Source: Psychroflexus sp. (GTDB taxonomy: Bacteria; Bacteroidota; Bacteroidia; Flavobacteriales; Flavobacteriaceae). Taken from it: 64,000 nucleotides of DNA. The notes below the pieces were generated by a model. The model was not told the DNA's origin, ran no database searches, and was given only the letters and a program-made list of their open reading frames with translations. Made by a program: the position numbers and the translations under genes. The number at the start of each line of letters is the position of its first letter. Positions within the stretch are counted from its first letter, which is position 1. The stretch covers positions 30,487 to 94,486 of the forward strand of contig JAKDUG010000001.1 in assembly GCA_030457805.1 (NCBI GenBank), written 5' to 3'. Below, in pieces: positions 18,924-29,718 of this stretch.

Positions 18924-20257
18924 CGTTCAAATTTGAGTTGTTGCCCTGGCATATCTTCACTAAATTTAAAATTATTATAAACGAGGTGCCCATTGACAAA
19001 GGTATGCGTGATCCTAGATTTGAAGGTATTCCCAAAGAAAGGTGACCAGCCACATTTATAAAAAATATTAGAATTATTGACCGTCCATGGCGAGTTTGGA
19101 TTGACTAAAACCAAATCAGCAAAATAGCCTTCTTTAATAAAACCTCTCTTTTCAACATCAAAAAGTAAAGCAGGATTGTGAGATGTTTTCTGAACGATTT
19201 GCTCAATCGTCAATACACCTTCGTGAAGGTATTCAAAAAGTGCTGGTAAAGCATGCTGAACAAGTGGTCCACCACTCGGTGCTTTTGTGTATACGTTTTG
19301 TTTTTCTTCTAAAGTATGCGGCGCGTGATCTGTGGCAATAACATCAATTTTGTCACTGACCAAAGCCTCCAAAAGCGCTTGGCGATCAGCAGGAGTTTTC
19401 ACTGCTGGATTCCATTTGATCAAGCTGCCTTTCTCCTCATAGTCTTCATCTGAAAACCACAAGTGATGGATACAGACTTCAGATGTTATCTTTTTATCTT
19501 TTAATTTTTTCTTCCCATTAAAAAGTGCCATTTCTTTGGCTGTCGATAAGTGAAAAACATGTAATCTTGCGCCGGTTTTCTTCGCTAGCTCAATCGCACG
19601 GGAAGAAGAAATGTAGCAAGCTTCTGCACTTCTGATTTCAGGATGCTTCTCCATTGGAATGTCATCACCGTATTCAGCAACGGCCTTCTCCATATTGGCT
19701 TTAATAGTACTTTCATCCTCACAATGTGCCGAAATGATTAAAGGCGCATTTTTAAAAATTTCTTCCAAAACAGTCGCATCATCAACCAGCATATTCCCTG
19801 TTGAAGATCCCAAGAACAATTTTAAGGCAGGTGTAATTCGTGTATCAATTTTCTTGATCTCTTCCAAGTTATCATTGGTCCCGCCAAACATAAAAGCAAA
19901 ATTGGCAAAACTGCCACGCTTAGCAATTTCAATTTTTTCTTGAAGACGTTCCTGCGTTGTCGTTTGCGGAATAGTGTTTGGCATTTCAAAAAATGAGGTA
20001 ATACCACCAGAAACAGCAGCTTTTGATCCTGTTAAGATCGTCTCTTTCTCTGTCAGTCCAGGTTCTCTAAAGTGAACTTGATCATCGATCATTCCAGGTA
20101 TTAAATAATTCCCTTCAGCGTCAATAATCTTCGTATCACTTGATTTCACACTAATTGATGTGTCAATCTCTTTGATAATTTGATTCTCAATGAGGACATC
20201 ACCTTCGGTGATTTTCCCTTCGTTGACAATCTTCGCATGTTTAATTAAATATACCAT
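18920..20257 (-). CDS. pyrC: Dihydroorotase
   Basis: IDDQVHFREPG, EMPNT, LHVFHLST, KWNP, ATDHAPH. Confidence 0.93.
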   Translation of the reverse strand: MVYLIKHAKIVNEGKITEGDVLIENQIIKEIDTSISVKSSDTKIIDAEGNYLIPGMIDDQVHFREPGLTEKETILTGSKAAVSGGITSFFEMPNTIPQTTTQERLQEKIEIAKRGSFANFAFMFGGTNDNLEEIKKIDTRITPALKLFLGSSTGNMLVDDATVLEEIFKNAPLIISAHCEDESTIKANMEKAVAEYGDDIPMEKHPEIRSAEACYISSSRAIELAKKTGARLHVFHLSTAKEMALFNGKKKLKDKKITSEVCIHHLWFSDEDYEEKGSLIKWNPAVKTPADRQALLEALVSDKIDVIATDHAPHTLEEKQNVYTKAPSGGPLVQHALPALFEYLHEGVLTIEQIVQKTSHNPALLFDVEKRGFIKEGYFADLVLVNPNSPWTVNNSNIFYKCGWSPFFGNTFKSRITHTFVNGHLVYNNFKFSEDMPGQQLKFER

Positions 20258-20986
20258 CTAAAGTTTTCCAAAAAGTTTTCGAAAACGCATTTGGATAATT
20301 CCAAACACGGCTTCTGTTATTATTTTACTGCTCATCTTAGATTTTCCTCTGGTTCGGTCTGTAAAGATAATCGGAATTTCTTTCACATTAAAACCTAAAT
20401 GAAATGCTTTATATTTCATTTCAATTTGAAAAGCATAACCAATGAACTTTATGCGATCCAAATTAATTTTCTCTAAAACCTCTCGCCGGTATCCCACAAA
20501 ACCAGCCGTGGTATCTTCAATCGGCAAACCTGTAATCACCTTGACATACTTTGAAGCGCACCAAGACATCAAAACACGTTTCATCGGCCAATTGACAACA
20601 TTGACACCTGTCAAATATCTGGATCCAATCACGACATCAGCTTCTTCTCGGTCAAAAATCTGACTCATCTTTACCAAATCTTTTGGATTGTGAGAGAAAT
20701 CTGCATCAATCTGAAAAACGGCATCATAGTCATTATCTAAAGCCCACTTAAAGCCATGGATATAAGCGGTTCCTAAGCCTTTTTTTTTAGGCCTATTTTC
20801 TAAAAAAAGTGGCTGCGCAGAAGTGGATTGTAACTCCTCAACAAGCTGAGCTGTCCCATCAGGAGAATTATCGTCAACAACGAGTAGATGAAAATCAACA
20901 GGAAGCGAAAAAACAGCATCAATGATATCTGTGATATTTTCGCATTCGTTATAAGTTGGTATGATTACCAAACGCTTTTTCATCAA
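20258..20986 (-). CDS. Polyprenol-phosphate mannose synthase-like GT2
   Basis: IIPTYNE, VDDNSPDGT, QIDADFSH, GYAFQIEMK, FTDRTRGKSKM. Confidence 0.9.
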   Translation of the reverse strand: MMKKRLVIIPTYNECENITDIIDAVFSLPVDFHLLVVDDNSPDGTAQLVEELQSTSAQPLFLENRPKKKGLGTAYIHGFKWALDNDYDAVFQIDADFSHNPKDLVKMSQIFDREEADVVIGSRYLTGVNVVNWPMKRVLMSWCASKYVKVITGLPIEDTTAGFVGYRREVLEKINLDRIKFIGYAFQIEMKYKAFHLGFNVKEIPIIFTDRTRGKSKMSSKIITEAVFGIIQMRFRKLFGKL

Positions 20987-21081
20987 TACTGTAAAAAATT
21001 AAGTGGCAAAGGTAAATATTTTAAGTGCATTGATTGAGTTAACAAAACAACAAATTAATATACATTTGCAGAAAAAAATTT

Positions 21082-21726
21082 GTGGAGGTTCTTGTTCGGC
21101 ACACTTATTCATCAGATTGGATCAGCTTTATTTACTTAGCTATTCTTATTTTGATTGTCAGTGCCAAATATATCAATACCAATGAATTTTATTTGTTTTT
21201 TAAATTTGATTTTCTCAGATCTTATTTTGCAGAAAAAAAAAGATTCAAACAACAAATCATTTGGTTTGATCTGATTTTATTTATCATCACAACGAGTGTC
21301 ATGAGCTTGAGTTTGATGCAATCTAAGGTATTGGAAACAGACTATGACCTGACCAGTTTCACCCGAATTGGCTTGTTCTTTTCAATCCTTATCCTCTCTA
21401 AAAGCGTCTTAGAGATTTTGGTTGGCCTTATGATAAAAAAGTCCTATTTAATCACAGATTATGTGCTTTTCAAAATTGCAAGTTTAGGTTATGCTTCACT
21501 TCTTATTCTGCCCTTATCTGCAGTTTTAACTTATAATAAGTCGTTGACAAATGAATTATCTTTTGTCATTTTTGTTTTATTTAGCTTGGTAAACATCGTC
21601 TTTATTGGGAATTATCTTTATAGCCAACGAAAACATCTCTTACAAGATTGGTATTATTTTATTTTGTACATTTGCAGCCTTGAAATAGCACCGCTAATTA
21701 TTAGCTATAAGTTGCTTAATTCTTAG
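21082..21726 (+). CDS. DUF4271-like membrane protein
   Basis: Polytopic hydrophobic protein ending YFILYICSLEIAPL, directly upstream of hemD. Confidence 0.75.
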   Translation: MEVLVRHTYSSDWISFIYLAILILIVSAKYINTNEFYLFFKFDFLRSYFAEKKRFKQQIIWFDLILFIITTSVMSLSLMQSKVLETDYDLTSFTRIGLFFSILILSKSVLEILVGLMIKKSYLITDYVLFKIASLGYASLLILPLSAVLTYNKSLTNELSFVIFVLFSLVNIVFIGNYLYSQRKHLLQDWYYFILYICSLEIAPLIISYKLLNS

Positions 21727-21748
21727 AGTGTTTCAAAACCAAAGATTC

Positions 21749-22492
21749 ATGAAAATTAAGACCCTCCTGATTTCCCAACCAGAACCTAAGATTGAAAACT
21801 CACCCTACTCCGAACTCGAAGAAAAACTCAAAGTAAAAATTGATTTTATTCCATTCATTCACGTAGAAGGTGTTGAATCAAAAGAGGTTCGCCAACAGAA
21901 AATTGATTTATCCGAGTTTACAGCAATTATCCTGACAAGCAGAAATGCTGTTGATAATTACTTCAGGATCGCTGAAGAAATGCGCTACAAAATCCCTGAC
22001 AGCATGAAGTATTTCTGTCAAAGTGAAGCTGTTGCATATTACTTACAGAAATATGTTGTTTATCGCAAACGTAAAATTTATGTCGGTAAGCGAAATTTCC
22101 AAGATTTAGTATCCAGCATTAAGAAGCATAAAGATGAAAAATTCTTACTGCCGTCATCTGATAGCCTAAAACCAATTGTTCCGCAACAACTCGACAAACT
22201 CGGTGTTGATTGGACGCGTGGTATATTTTACAAAACTGTTGTCAGTGATTTATCAAATCTGAAAGAAGTTTTTTATGATGTCGTTGTCTTCTTTAGCCCA
22301 AGTGGTATTAAATCTCTTTTTGAGAATTTCCCTGACTTTGAACAAAAAAACACACGCATTGCAACTTTTGGAAAAACAACTTTAAAAATGGCAAATGAAC
22401 ACGGCCTAAAAGTCGATATCAAAGCCCCGACTCCTGAAGCGCCATCAATGACAATGGCTCTTGAAAATTACATCAAAAATTTAGCAAAGTAA
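21749..22492 (+). CDS. hemD: Uroporphyrinogen-III synthase
   Basis: LISQPEP, IILTSRNAVD, FFSPSGIKS, ATFGKTT. ATG 21749 preferred. Confidence 0.88.
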   Translation: MKIKTLLISQPEPKIENSPYSELEEKLKVKIDFIPFIHVEGVESKEVRQQKIDLSEFTAIILTSRNAVDNYFRIAEEMRYKIPDSMKYFCQSEAVAYYLQKYVVYRKRKIYVGKRNFQDLVSSIKKHKDEKFLLPSSDSLKPIVPQQLDKLGVDWTRGIFYKTVVSDLSNLKEVFYDVVVFFSPSGIKSLFENFPDFEQKNTRIATFGKTTLKMANEHGLKVDIKAPTPEAPSMTMALENYIKNLAK

Positions 22493-22519
22493 ATTAAACT
22501 CTTACAAAGTTAGAAGCAA

Positions 22520-22549
22520 AAAAAACCGAATCTTCAGATTCGGTTTTTT
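22520..22549. terminator. Bidirectional terminator between hemD and pckA
   Basis: AAAAAACCGAATC-TTCA-GATTCGGTTTTTT. Confidence 0.88.
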
Positions 22550-22573
22550 ATTTAATATTAAAAACGGATGTGA

Positions 22574-24169
22574 TTAACGCAGCGGTCCACCCTTTATTAT
22601 TTCTTCATTTGCATAATCTTCAAACTTCTTAAAGTTATCATTAAATGATTTTGCAAGAACTGATGCTTTATCGTCATAAGCTTTTTGATCTGTCCAAGTT
22701 GATTTTGGATTGAGCACTTCGCTTGGGACGTTCTGACAAGTTTTCGGCATTTGAAGTCCAAAAATCTCATGTGTTTCATAGTCGACATCGTTTAATAAAC
22801 CTTCTAGAGCAGAAGAGATCATCTCACGTGTGTATTTCAGTTTCATTCGCGATCCAACGCCGTAAGGGCCACCTGTCCAACCTGTATTTACAAGCCAAAC
22901 ATTGACACCACTCTCTTTCATTTTAGCACTGAGCATTTCTGCATATCGCGTTGGGTGCAAAGGCATAAATGGCGCTCCAAAACATGCTGAGAAACTTGGT
23001 AGAGGTTCATCAATACCAGCTTCTGTTCCTGCTACTTTCGCAGTATATCCGCTAATAAAATGGTAAGCAGCTTGACCTGGCGTCAATTTACTGATCGGAG
23101 GTAACACACCAAAAGCATCTGCAGTTAAGAAGAAAATATTTTTAGGATTTTCACCAACTGATGGCTTTTTGATATTATTAATATGGTAAATCGGATAACT
23201 CACCCTTGTGTTCTGTGTGATCGTCGAATCTTTATAATCGACTTTGCCATCGCGAATGGTGACATTCTCAAGGATAGCACCTGGTTTGATTGCTCCAAAA
23301 ATATCCGGCTCTTTCTCCTCAGTCAAATCAATGACTTTGGCGTAGCAACCGCCTTCAAAATTGAAGACTTTATTTTCATTTGTCCAACCGTGCTCATCAT
23401 CTCCAATCAATTGGCGATCAGGATCGGCAGATAATGTTGTTTTTCCTGTTCCGGAAAGTCCAAAGAAAATGGCTGTATCTCCATCTTTTCCTGAGTTGGC
23501 AGAACAGTGCATTGGAAGTGTATTTTTAAAGACTGGCAAGATAAAGTTCAGCGCAGAGAAAATTCCTTTTTTGATTTCTCCCGTATAGCCAGTTCCACCA
23601 ATCAATGCAACTTTCTTGGTAAAATTTAAAATGGCGAAATTCTTAGCGCGGGTGCCATCCACTTCTGGATCTGCATAAAACCCTGGTGCATTGATCACTG
23701 TCCACTCAGGACTAAAGTTTTCAAGTTCAGCTTCTGTTGGCCTTAAAAACATATTATGAGTAAACATATTACTCCACGCGTACTCATTAATATGACGAAT
23801 CTTGATTTTGTAGTCTTCGTCAGCACACGCATAGGCGTCTCTTACGTAAATCTCTTGGTCAGATAAATACTTGACGACTTTATCATAAAGCTTGTCAAAT
23901 TTATCTGCATCAAATGGAATATTAATATCTCCCCACCAGATTTCATCTTTTGTAATGTCGTCTTTTACAATAAAGCGATCTTTAGGAGATCGGCCTGTAA
24001 ATTTTCCGGTGTTGACAGCCAAAGCGCCTGAATCAACAGTTTGCCCTTGCCCCTTCTCAACTGTAATTTTGTGAAGTTCTTCAGAAGATAATTGATAATT
24101 GATTTGATCCGAATGAATGCCGTAAGACTTTAGCGAAATCGTTTTCGCTTTTTGATCTTTGTTTTGCAT
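22574..24169 (-). CDS. pckA: Phosphoenolpyruvate carboxykinase (ATP)
   Basis: TGRSPKD, GLSGTGKTT, LIGDDEHGW, NFEGGCYAK, NTRVSYP. ATG 24169 preferred because the -7 box is at 24201-24208. Confidence 0.96.
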   Translation of the reverse strand: MQNKDQKAKTISLKSYGIHSDQINYQLSSEELHKITVEKGQGQTVDSGALAVNTGKFTGRSPKDRFIVKDDITKDEIWWGDINIPFDADKFDKLYDKVVKYLSDQEIYVRDAYACADEDYKIKIRHINEYAWSNMFTHNMFLRPTEAELENFSPEWTVINAPGFYADPEVDGTRAKNFAILNFTKKVALIGGTGYTGEIKKGIFSALNFILPVFKNTLPMHCSANSGKDGDTAIFFGLSGTGKTTLSADPDRQLIGDDEHGWTNENKVFNFEGGCYAKVIDLTEEKEPDIFGAIKPGAILENVTIRDGKVDYKDSTITQNTRVSYPIYHINNIKKPSVGENPKNIFFLTADAFGVLPPISKLTPGQAAYHFISGYTAKVAGTEAGIDEPLPSFSACFGAPFMPLHPTRYAEMLSAKMKESGVNVWLVNTGWTGGPYGVGSRMKLKYTREMISSALEGLLNDVDYETHEIFGLQMPKTCQNVPSEVLNPKSTWTDQKAYDDKASVLAKSFNDNFKKFEDYANEEIIKGGPLR

Positions 24170-24243
24170 AATATATGATGTTGTATTGTCATTTGGCAAA
24201 CAAATTTAAACACTTATTTCCAATTACGTGAGACAAGTCTCTT

Positions 24244-24630
24244 TTATTTTCTTTTTTTAAGAATTAGAGAGAGTACGTAGAACCAAGAAAAGATCAGCAG
24301 AGCACCTCCTAGTGGTGTCATCAGTGCGATTTTCGTAAAATCAAATCCCGTTAAGGCATTGGTTGATAAACCATAAATAGATCCTGAAAAAAATAAAACA
24401 CCAAGACTGTTTAACCATAAAAGTATCGTCTGCGATTTTGAACTCAAGTTTTTGATAAAACTAATAAGCATCAAAAAGAAAGCCTGATACATTTGATATC
24501 GCACACCCGTTTCAAAAGTGAGAATTTCACTTTCTGACAGATGCTTCGTTAAACCATGTGATGCAAAAGCACCTAAAATAATAGCGACTCCTCCAAGTGC
24601 TAAACCTAAACTCAAAAGCTTTTTGCTCAT
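24244..24630 (-). CDS. DUF423 (YgdD/TMEM256) membrane protein
   Basis: GAFASHGL, FETGVRYQMY, LFFSGSIY, TPLGG. Confidence 0.88.
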   Translation of the reverse strand: MSKKLLSLGLALGGVAIILGAFASHGLTKHLSESEILTFETGVRYQMYQAFFLMLISFIKNLSSKSQTILLWLNSLGVLFFSGSIYGLSTNALTGFDFTKIALMTPLGGALLIFSWFYVLSLILKKRK

Positions 24631-24691
24631 TCCAAACTAATTTAATTACATTCGTATTGATAAAACTAATAATCAATAATTTATTCACACT

Positions 24692-26056
24692 ATGACTAAA
24701 GTATTAATAATTGGCGCAGGCAAATCTACATCTGCACTTGTCAGATATCTCGATACTCAAGCCCAAGAAAACAATCTCAAAATTACAATAGCTGACAAAG
24801 ATCTACAAACTGCAAAAAAATCAGCTTCCTACGCATCTACAACACCTATTGAACTCGATATATTTAATAAAGATGAACGTCAAAAACAAATCAAGGCTGC
24901 CGATATGGTCGTCTCAATGCTACCTGCGCGCTTTCATATTGAAGTCGCTAAAGATTGCGTGAATTTCGACAAAAATATGGCAACTGCCTCATATGTTTCA
25001 GATGAAATGGCTGCATTAGACGAAGAAGTTAAAGCCAAAGGCCTTACTTTTATGAATGAAATTGGCGTTGATCCTGGCGTTGATCACATGAGTGCGATGA
25101 AAGTGATTGACGAAATTAGAGATAAAGGCGGAAAACTCATTTCATTCGAATCTTTTACAGGTGGCCTCGTCGCCCCTGAAAGTGATGATAATTTATGGAA
25201 TTATAAGTTCACGTGGAATCCGAGAAACGTTGTCGTTGCCGGTCAAGGTGGTCCAGCCAAGTTTATACAAGAAGGTAAATACAAATACATTCCTTACCAA
25301 CGCCTGTTCAGAAGAACCGAGTTTTTAGAAGTTCCAGGATACGGAAGATTTGAAGGTTTAGCAAATAGAAACTCATTGGCTTATCGTGAAGTTTACGGCC
25401 TGGAAGACATTCCTACATTATATAGAGGAACGCTTCGCCGTGTTGGTTTTAGCAAGGCTTGGAATGTGTTCGTTCAGCTTGGCATCACTGATGACACATA
25501 TACTTTAGAAGATTCTGAAAACATGAGTTACCGCGAGTTCATCAATTCATTTTTACCGTATTCACCAACGGATTCTGTCGAGTTGAAATTACGCCATAGC
25601 CTCAAGATAGACCAAGATGATTTGATTTGGGAAAAACTTTTAGACTTGGATATTTTTAATGCTCAAAAAAAGATAGGTATCAAGAATGCAACGCCAGCAA
25701 AGGCACTACAATCTATTCTTGAAGAAAAATGGATGCTCAAGCCTGAAGATAAAGACATGATTGTGATGTATCACAAATTTGGTTATGAACACAAAGGCGA
25801 GAAAAAACAAATTGACTCGACTATGGTCAGTATTGGAGAAGATCAAACCTTTACTGCAATGTCAAGAACTGTCGGCTTGCCTTTAGGTGTTGCCATTTTA
25901 AAAATGATACAGAAAAAGATTACAATCAAAGGTGTTTTAAGACCGATTCATCCAGAGATTTACAAACCTATTTTGGAAGAATTAGAAAGCTTCAATATCA
26001 AATTCACAGAAACAGAAACAGAATTTCTAGGCTACAATCCTCACAACCTGAAATAA
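24692..26056 (+). CDS. Saccharopine dehydrogenase family protein
   Basis: IIGAGKS, TASYVS, NEIGVDPGVDHMSAM, KFTWNPRNV, YRGTLR, AMSRTVG. Confidence 0.9.
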   Translation: MTKVLIIGAGKSTSALVRYLDTQAQENNLKITIADKDLQTAKKSASYASTTPIELDIFNKDERQKQIKAADMVVSMLPARFHIEVAKDCVNFDKNMATASYVSDEMAALDEEVKAKGLTFMNEIGVDPGVDHMSAMKVIDEIRDKGGKLISFESFTGGLVAPESDDNLWNYKFTWNPRNVVVAGQGGPAKFIQEGKYKYIPYQRLFRRTEFLEVPGYGRFEGLANRNSLAYREVYGLEDIPTLYRGTLRRVGFSKAWNVFVQLGITDDTYTLEDSENMSYREFINSFLPYSPTDSVELKLRHSLKIDQDDLIWEKLLDLDIFNAQKKIGIKNATPAKALQSILEEKWMLKPEDKDMIVMYHKFGYEHKGEKKQIDSTMVSIGEDQTFTAMSRTVGLPLGVAILKMIQKKITIKGVLRPIHPEIYKPILEELESFNIKFTETETEFLGYNPHNLK

Positions 26057-26119
26057 TTTTAACACGAGTAGGATTGTCTTTTCATTAAATTGGTCTTATT
26101 TTGCCGAAAATTAAATTTA

Positions 26120-28717
26120 ATGAAGTTTAAAACTCTACTTTATACAATGGGCTTGGTGATTTTTTCATCAAGCCTTTTTGCTCAAAACCATTCTCAACTT
26201 ATTCAAGACTACCTCAAACGCCATGCGTCTAGTGAGAAACTACAACAAGATGACATCAACGCACTCATGCTAAGCAGTCAGCATTACTCCAAAAGCCTCG
26301 ATGCTGAATTAGTCTATATGCAGCAAAGTGTCAATGATGTTCCGATCTTTAATGCCATGGGACATTTTGTTGTTAAAAATCAGAAAGTCGATTTACAAAA
26401 TCATCGCTTTTATACTGATATTCAACAAAAGACAACAAGCACCTCAGCACAATTAGGGGCGACAGAAGCCTTAGACAAAGCAGTTGCTCATTTTGGACTT
26501 GAGAAAAAGTCAGCGACACAAATACTCGAAAAGAGGTCTAAACACAATTTTGTATTAGAAAACAAATCCATCTCTAATGAAAATATCCCAGCCACACTTG
26601 TTTATCAAGCCATAGAGGATCAATTAATCTTAGCCTGGGATATGAGTATTTATTTAAAAAATACTGAACATTGGTGGAGTTTCAGAATAGATGCGACTAC
26701 TGGAAAGATCATCGATCAAAATGATTGGCTACTCTCTTGCAACTTTGAGGGGCACAACCATGAAAATTTCGCAAGCCAAACAAAGACTCCTATTTCACAG
26801 CAAAAAAAGTCTGTTTTACTCCAAGAAATAACAGCGGATGATGAAGCACAGTACCGCGCTTACGCAACCACTATTGAATCGCCAAATCACGGAGAACGCA
26901 CACTTTTAGTCAATCCGGCAGACCCTGTTGCATCGCCTTTTGGCTGGCATGATACAGACGGCGTTGCTGGAGCAGAATACACCATCACCCGTGGAAATAA
27001 TGCCTACGCGCAAGAAGATCGCACTGGAAATGACCTCCCCGGCTATTCTCCTGATGGCGGTGAAAATTTGAATTTTGATTTTCCGATACAAGACAACCAG
27101 CCCGCTATTTTGAATGAAGATGCTGCCATCACAAATTTATTTGTTCGCAATAACGTCATGCACGATTTATGGCATTACTACGGATTTGATGAAGATGCAG
27201 GAAACTTCCAAGAAAAAAATTACGAAGGATCTGAAACTTATGGTAATGATCCTGTTTATGCGGATGCCCAGGATGGAAGTGGCGTTAATAACGCCAACTT
27301 CGGAACGCCACCCGACGGAATAAGTCCACGCATGCAAATGTTTTTATGGGCAACAACTGGCGATCCACTGCCACAAATCACTATCACAACTTCAAGTGCA
27401 ACTGGCGAATATGCAGGCCTCGAATCTAGTTTCGGCCCTGACCTCTCAGCAGACGCTCTCGAGGCAGAACTCATCTTGGCCACAGATACACAAGACTCAT
27501 CAAATGCTTGTGATCCGCTGACGAATACAAGTGATCTGGACGGACAGATTGCCGTGATCACTCGTGGAGATTGTCCTTTTGTTGACAAAGTCAGTGCTGC
27601 AGAAGATGCAGGCGCCATTGCTGTCATCGTCATCAATAATGAACCAGGCGAACCCATCATCATGGGTGGCGATAGTGCAACGATCACAATTCCTTCCCTG
27701 ATGATTAGTCAGGCAGACGGCGCTATCATTCTTTCGGCTTTAGAAGCGGAGGAAACCCTGACAACAAGCTTAGCGAATAACGGCCCTTACAAAATTGATG
27801 GCGATTTTGATAATGGCATTATTGCTCATGAATACGGACACGGTATTTCAACACGACTAACAGGCGGAAAAATGAATGTCAACTGTATGTACAATGATGA
27901 ACAAATGGGTGAAGGCTGGAGCGACTGGATTGGACTTGTCATGACAATGAAAGAAGGAGACCAAGCCACTGACGCACGCGGATACGGCACTTATGCCGTT
28001 AATCAAGACATCACAGGTAATGGAATTCGGCCTTATCGCTACACTACAGACATGACACTAAACCCAGCAACTTATGATCTCACAAACAATTATCAACTGG
28101 CGGCACCTCATGGCATTGGCTTTGTTTGGGCGACAATGCTTTGGGATCTGACGTGGGAATTTGTTGATGAATACGGTTTCGATACAGACCTTTACAATGG
28201 TGATGGTGGTAATAATAAAGTGATGCAACTTGTGATTGACGGTCTAAAAATTCAAGCTTGTGAACCTGGCTTTATCGATGGAAGAGATGCAATTTTACAA
28301 GCAGACAAATTTTTAAACGACGGCGCAAATCAATGTTTGATCTGGGAAGTTTTTGCACGTCGTGGTTTAGGCTATAGCGCTGATCAAGGTTCATCAAACA
28401 ACAGATACGACCAAACAGAAGCTTTTGATATGCCTCCAGCCGAAGATTTGAATTGCGCACTTGGCAATAAAGATTTCGACACTGATGGTTTTAAGATCTA
28501 TCCAAACCCAACAGAAAATCATTTTAAAATTGATTTTGGCGCATTGCCACTTGACAAAGTCAATGTTCAGATTTTTGATCTGAATGGCCGCGTGATGCTA
28601 AATGAGAATAGCACTCCAAATGATATCATTAATGTGAGCCATTTCTCAACAGGTGTCTATCTTGTGAAAATGAAAAATGGTTCAAAAACCTCAACTGAAA
28701 AGTTAATCGTCAAATAA
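26120..28717 (+). CDS. T9SS-secreted M36 (fungalysin) metallopeptidase with FTP/PepSY propeptide, PA domain and C-terminal sorting domain
   Basis: Signal peptide from ATG 26120, HEYGH and downstream MGEGWSD, PA insert (RGDCPFVDK), C-terminal domain (IYPNP...GVYLVKM...KLIVK). Confidence 0.92.
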   Translation: MKFKTLLYTMGLVIFSSSLFAQNHSQLIQDYLKRHASSEKLQQDDINALMLSSQHYSKSLDAELVYMQQSVNDVPIFNAMGHFVVKNQKVDLQNHRFYTDIQQKTTSTSAQLGATEALDKAVAHFGLEKKSATQILEKRSKHNFVLENKSISNENIPATLVYQAIEDQLILAWDMSIYLKNTEHWWSFRIDATTGKIIDQNDWLLSCNFEGHNHENFASQTKTPISQQKKSVLLQEITADDEAQYRAYATTIESPNHGERTLLVNPADPVASPFGWHDTDGVAGAEYTITRGNNAYAQEDRTGNDLPGYSPDGGENLNFDFPIQDNQPAILNEDAAITNLFVRNNVMHDLWHYYGFDEDAGNFQEKNYEGSETYGNDPVYADAQDGSGVNNANFGTPPDGISPRMQMFLWATTGDPLPQITITTSSATGEYAGLESSFGPDLSADALEAELILATDTQDSSNACDPLTNTSDLDGQIAVITRGDCPFVDKVSAAEDAGAIAVIVINNEPGEPIIMGGDSATITIPSLMISQADGAIILSALEAEETLTTSLANNGPYKIDGDFDNGIIAHEYGHGISTRLTGGKMNVNCMYNDEQMGEGWSDWIGLVMTMKEGDQATDARGYGTYAVNQDITGNGIRPYRYTTDMTLNPATYDLTNNYQLAAPHGIGFVWATMLWDLTWEFVDEYGFDTDLYNGDGGNNKVMQLVIDGLKIQACEPGFIDGRDAILQADKFLNDGANQCLIWEVFARRGLGYSADQGSSNNRYDQTEAFDMPPAEDLNCALGNKDFDTDGFKIYPNPTENHFKIDFGALPLDKVNVQIFDLNGRVMLNENSTPNDIINVSHFSTGVYLVKMKNGSKTSTEKLIVK

Positions 28718-28739
28718 AACAATCACATTTAAAGTTTTT

Positions 28740-28772
28740 AAAAATCCTGATATCTCATCAGGATTTTTTTGT
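28740..28772 (+). repeat. 33-bp direct repeat, copy 1; also a terminator hairpin after the M36 gene
   Basis: AAAAATCCTGATATCTCATCAGGATTTTTTTGT, identical to 32447-32479. Confidence 0.9.
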
Positions 28773-29003
28773 TGACAATAACTTATCCTAAAACCTAATC
28801 ATTGTCTCACATTGATAAGATTCATAAAAGTTATTTAGATTAAAACAACACAAATGCTGTTAATTTATCATATAAACTCATGATAAGACGTTTTTTTTTA
28901 GGTTAGCAGTTAATTCTACAAAATGAAAGTTTTCTACTCATTTATTAAAAAGGAAATAGCACCTTGATGACAAATTTCGAGACGGCTTCATTAAAAAAAT
29001 TCC

Positions 29004-29714
29004 ATGAAAATATTCCTCCTCCTTATCTTCTTTCAAAGTTTTGTTTATAGCCAAACTTTTGAAGCGACTTATCAATTTGAAATCAACAAAGAATATTACA
29101 AAAACTATATTCAAAAAAGTGTCTCTGAAGGCAAGAATCCAGCTTTGTTGAAAAAAGCTTTTTCTAGATATCTCAATTCTAGACCTGCTAAAGCAAAATT
29201 AATTTTCAACTCAGAAATGAGTTATTATTATGTTGTGCAAGATATGAATGTTGATCAAAACAATCGAAAAGCAGATCCTGCCCTCATATTTGCGGGCAAT
29301 AACACCAAAATTTATAACACACAAGATCAAGACTCTATCGTAACACATATCAACAGTGAACATCTTGACATTAATGAATTCCTAGTCAAAGAAGACACAA
29401 AACCTGTCACATTAAAAAACGAGACACAAACCATTGGTCAATATCAATGTTATTTAGCAGAAACGCAATATTCTAAAAAACAAAGCCTAAAGCTATGGTA
29501 CGCCCCTGATATTCCTACAAATTTTAATATTAAAGATTACAAAAGTTTGCCAGGTTTACTCATTAAAATAGAAAGTCAACTTTTTAAGGCTAACTTAGTG
29601 AGTTTAAAACAAGTTGATGCAACTGAATTAAAGCAACCGCCAAGTGATATTCGTCTTATTACAAAAAAAGAGTATCAAGACATGATCGATAAAACTAACC
29701 CTTTTAAAGATTAA
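29004..29714 (+). CDS. GLPGLI family protein
   Basis: Signal peptide, TQTIGQYQCYLAE, WYAPDIP, SLPGLLIKI. Confidence 0.85.
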   Translation: MKIFLLLIFFQSFVYSQTFEATYQFEINKEYYKNYIQKSVSEGKNPALLKKAFSRYLNSRPAKAKLIFNSEMSYYYVVQDMNVDQNNRKADPALIFAGNNTKIYNTQDQDSIVTHINSEHLDINEFLVKEDTKPVTLKNETQTIGQYQCYLAETQYSKKQSLKLWYAPDIPTNFNIKDYKSLPGLLIKIESQLFKANLVSLKQVDATELKQPPSDIRLITKKEYQDMIDKTNPFKD

Positions 29715-29718
29715 GTTA

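Noticed and set aside
27256-27687. 143-aa antisense ORF in the M36 gene
   Set aside because: Shadow of the GC-richer PA domain coding region.
28854-28967. Tiny ORFs and a TTATCAT-N8-ATGATAA inverted repeat upstream of the GLPGLI gene
   Set aside because: None resembles a secreted precursor peptide, and the 7-bp AT-rich palindrome is within chance expectation.
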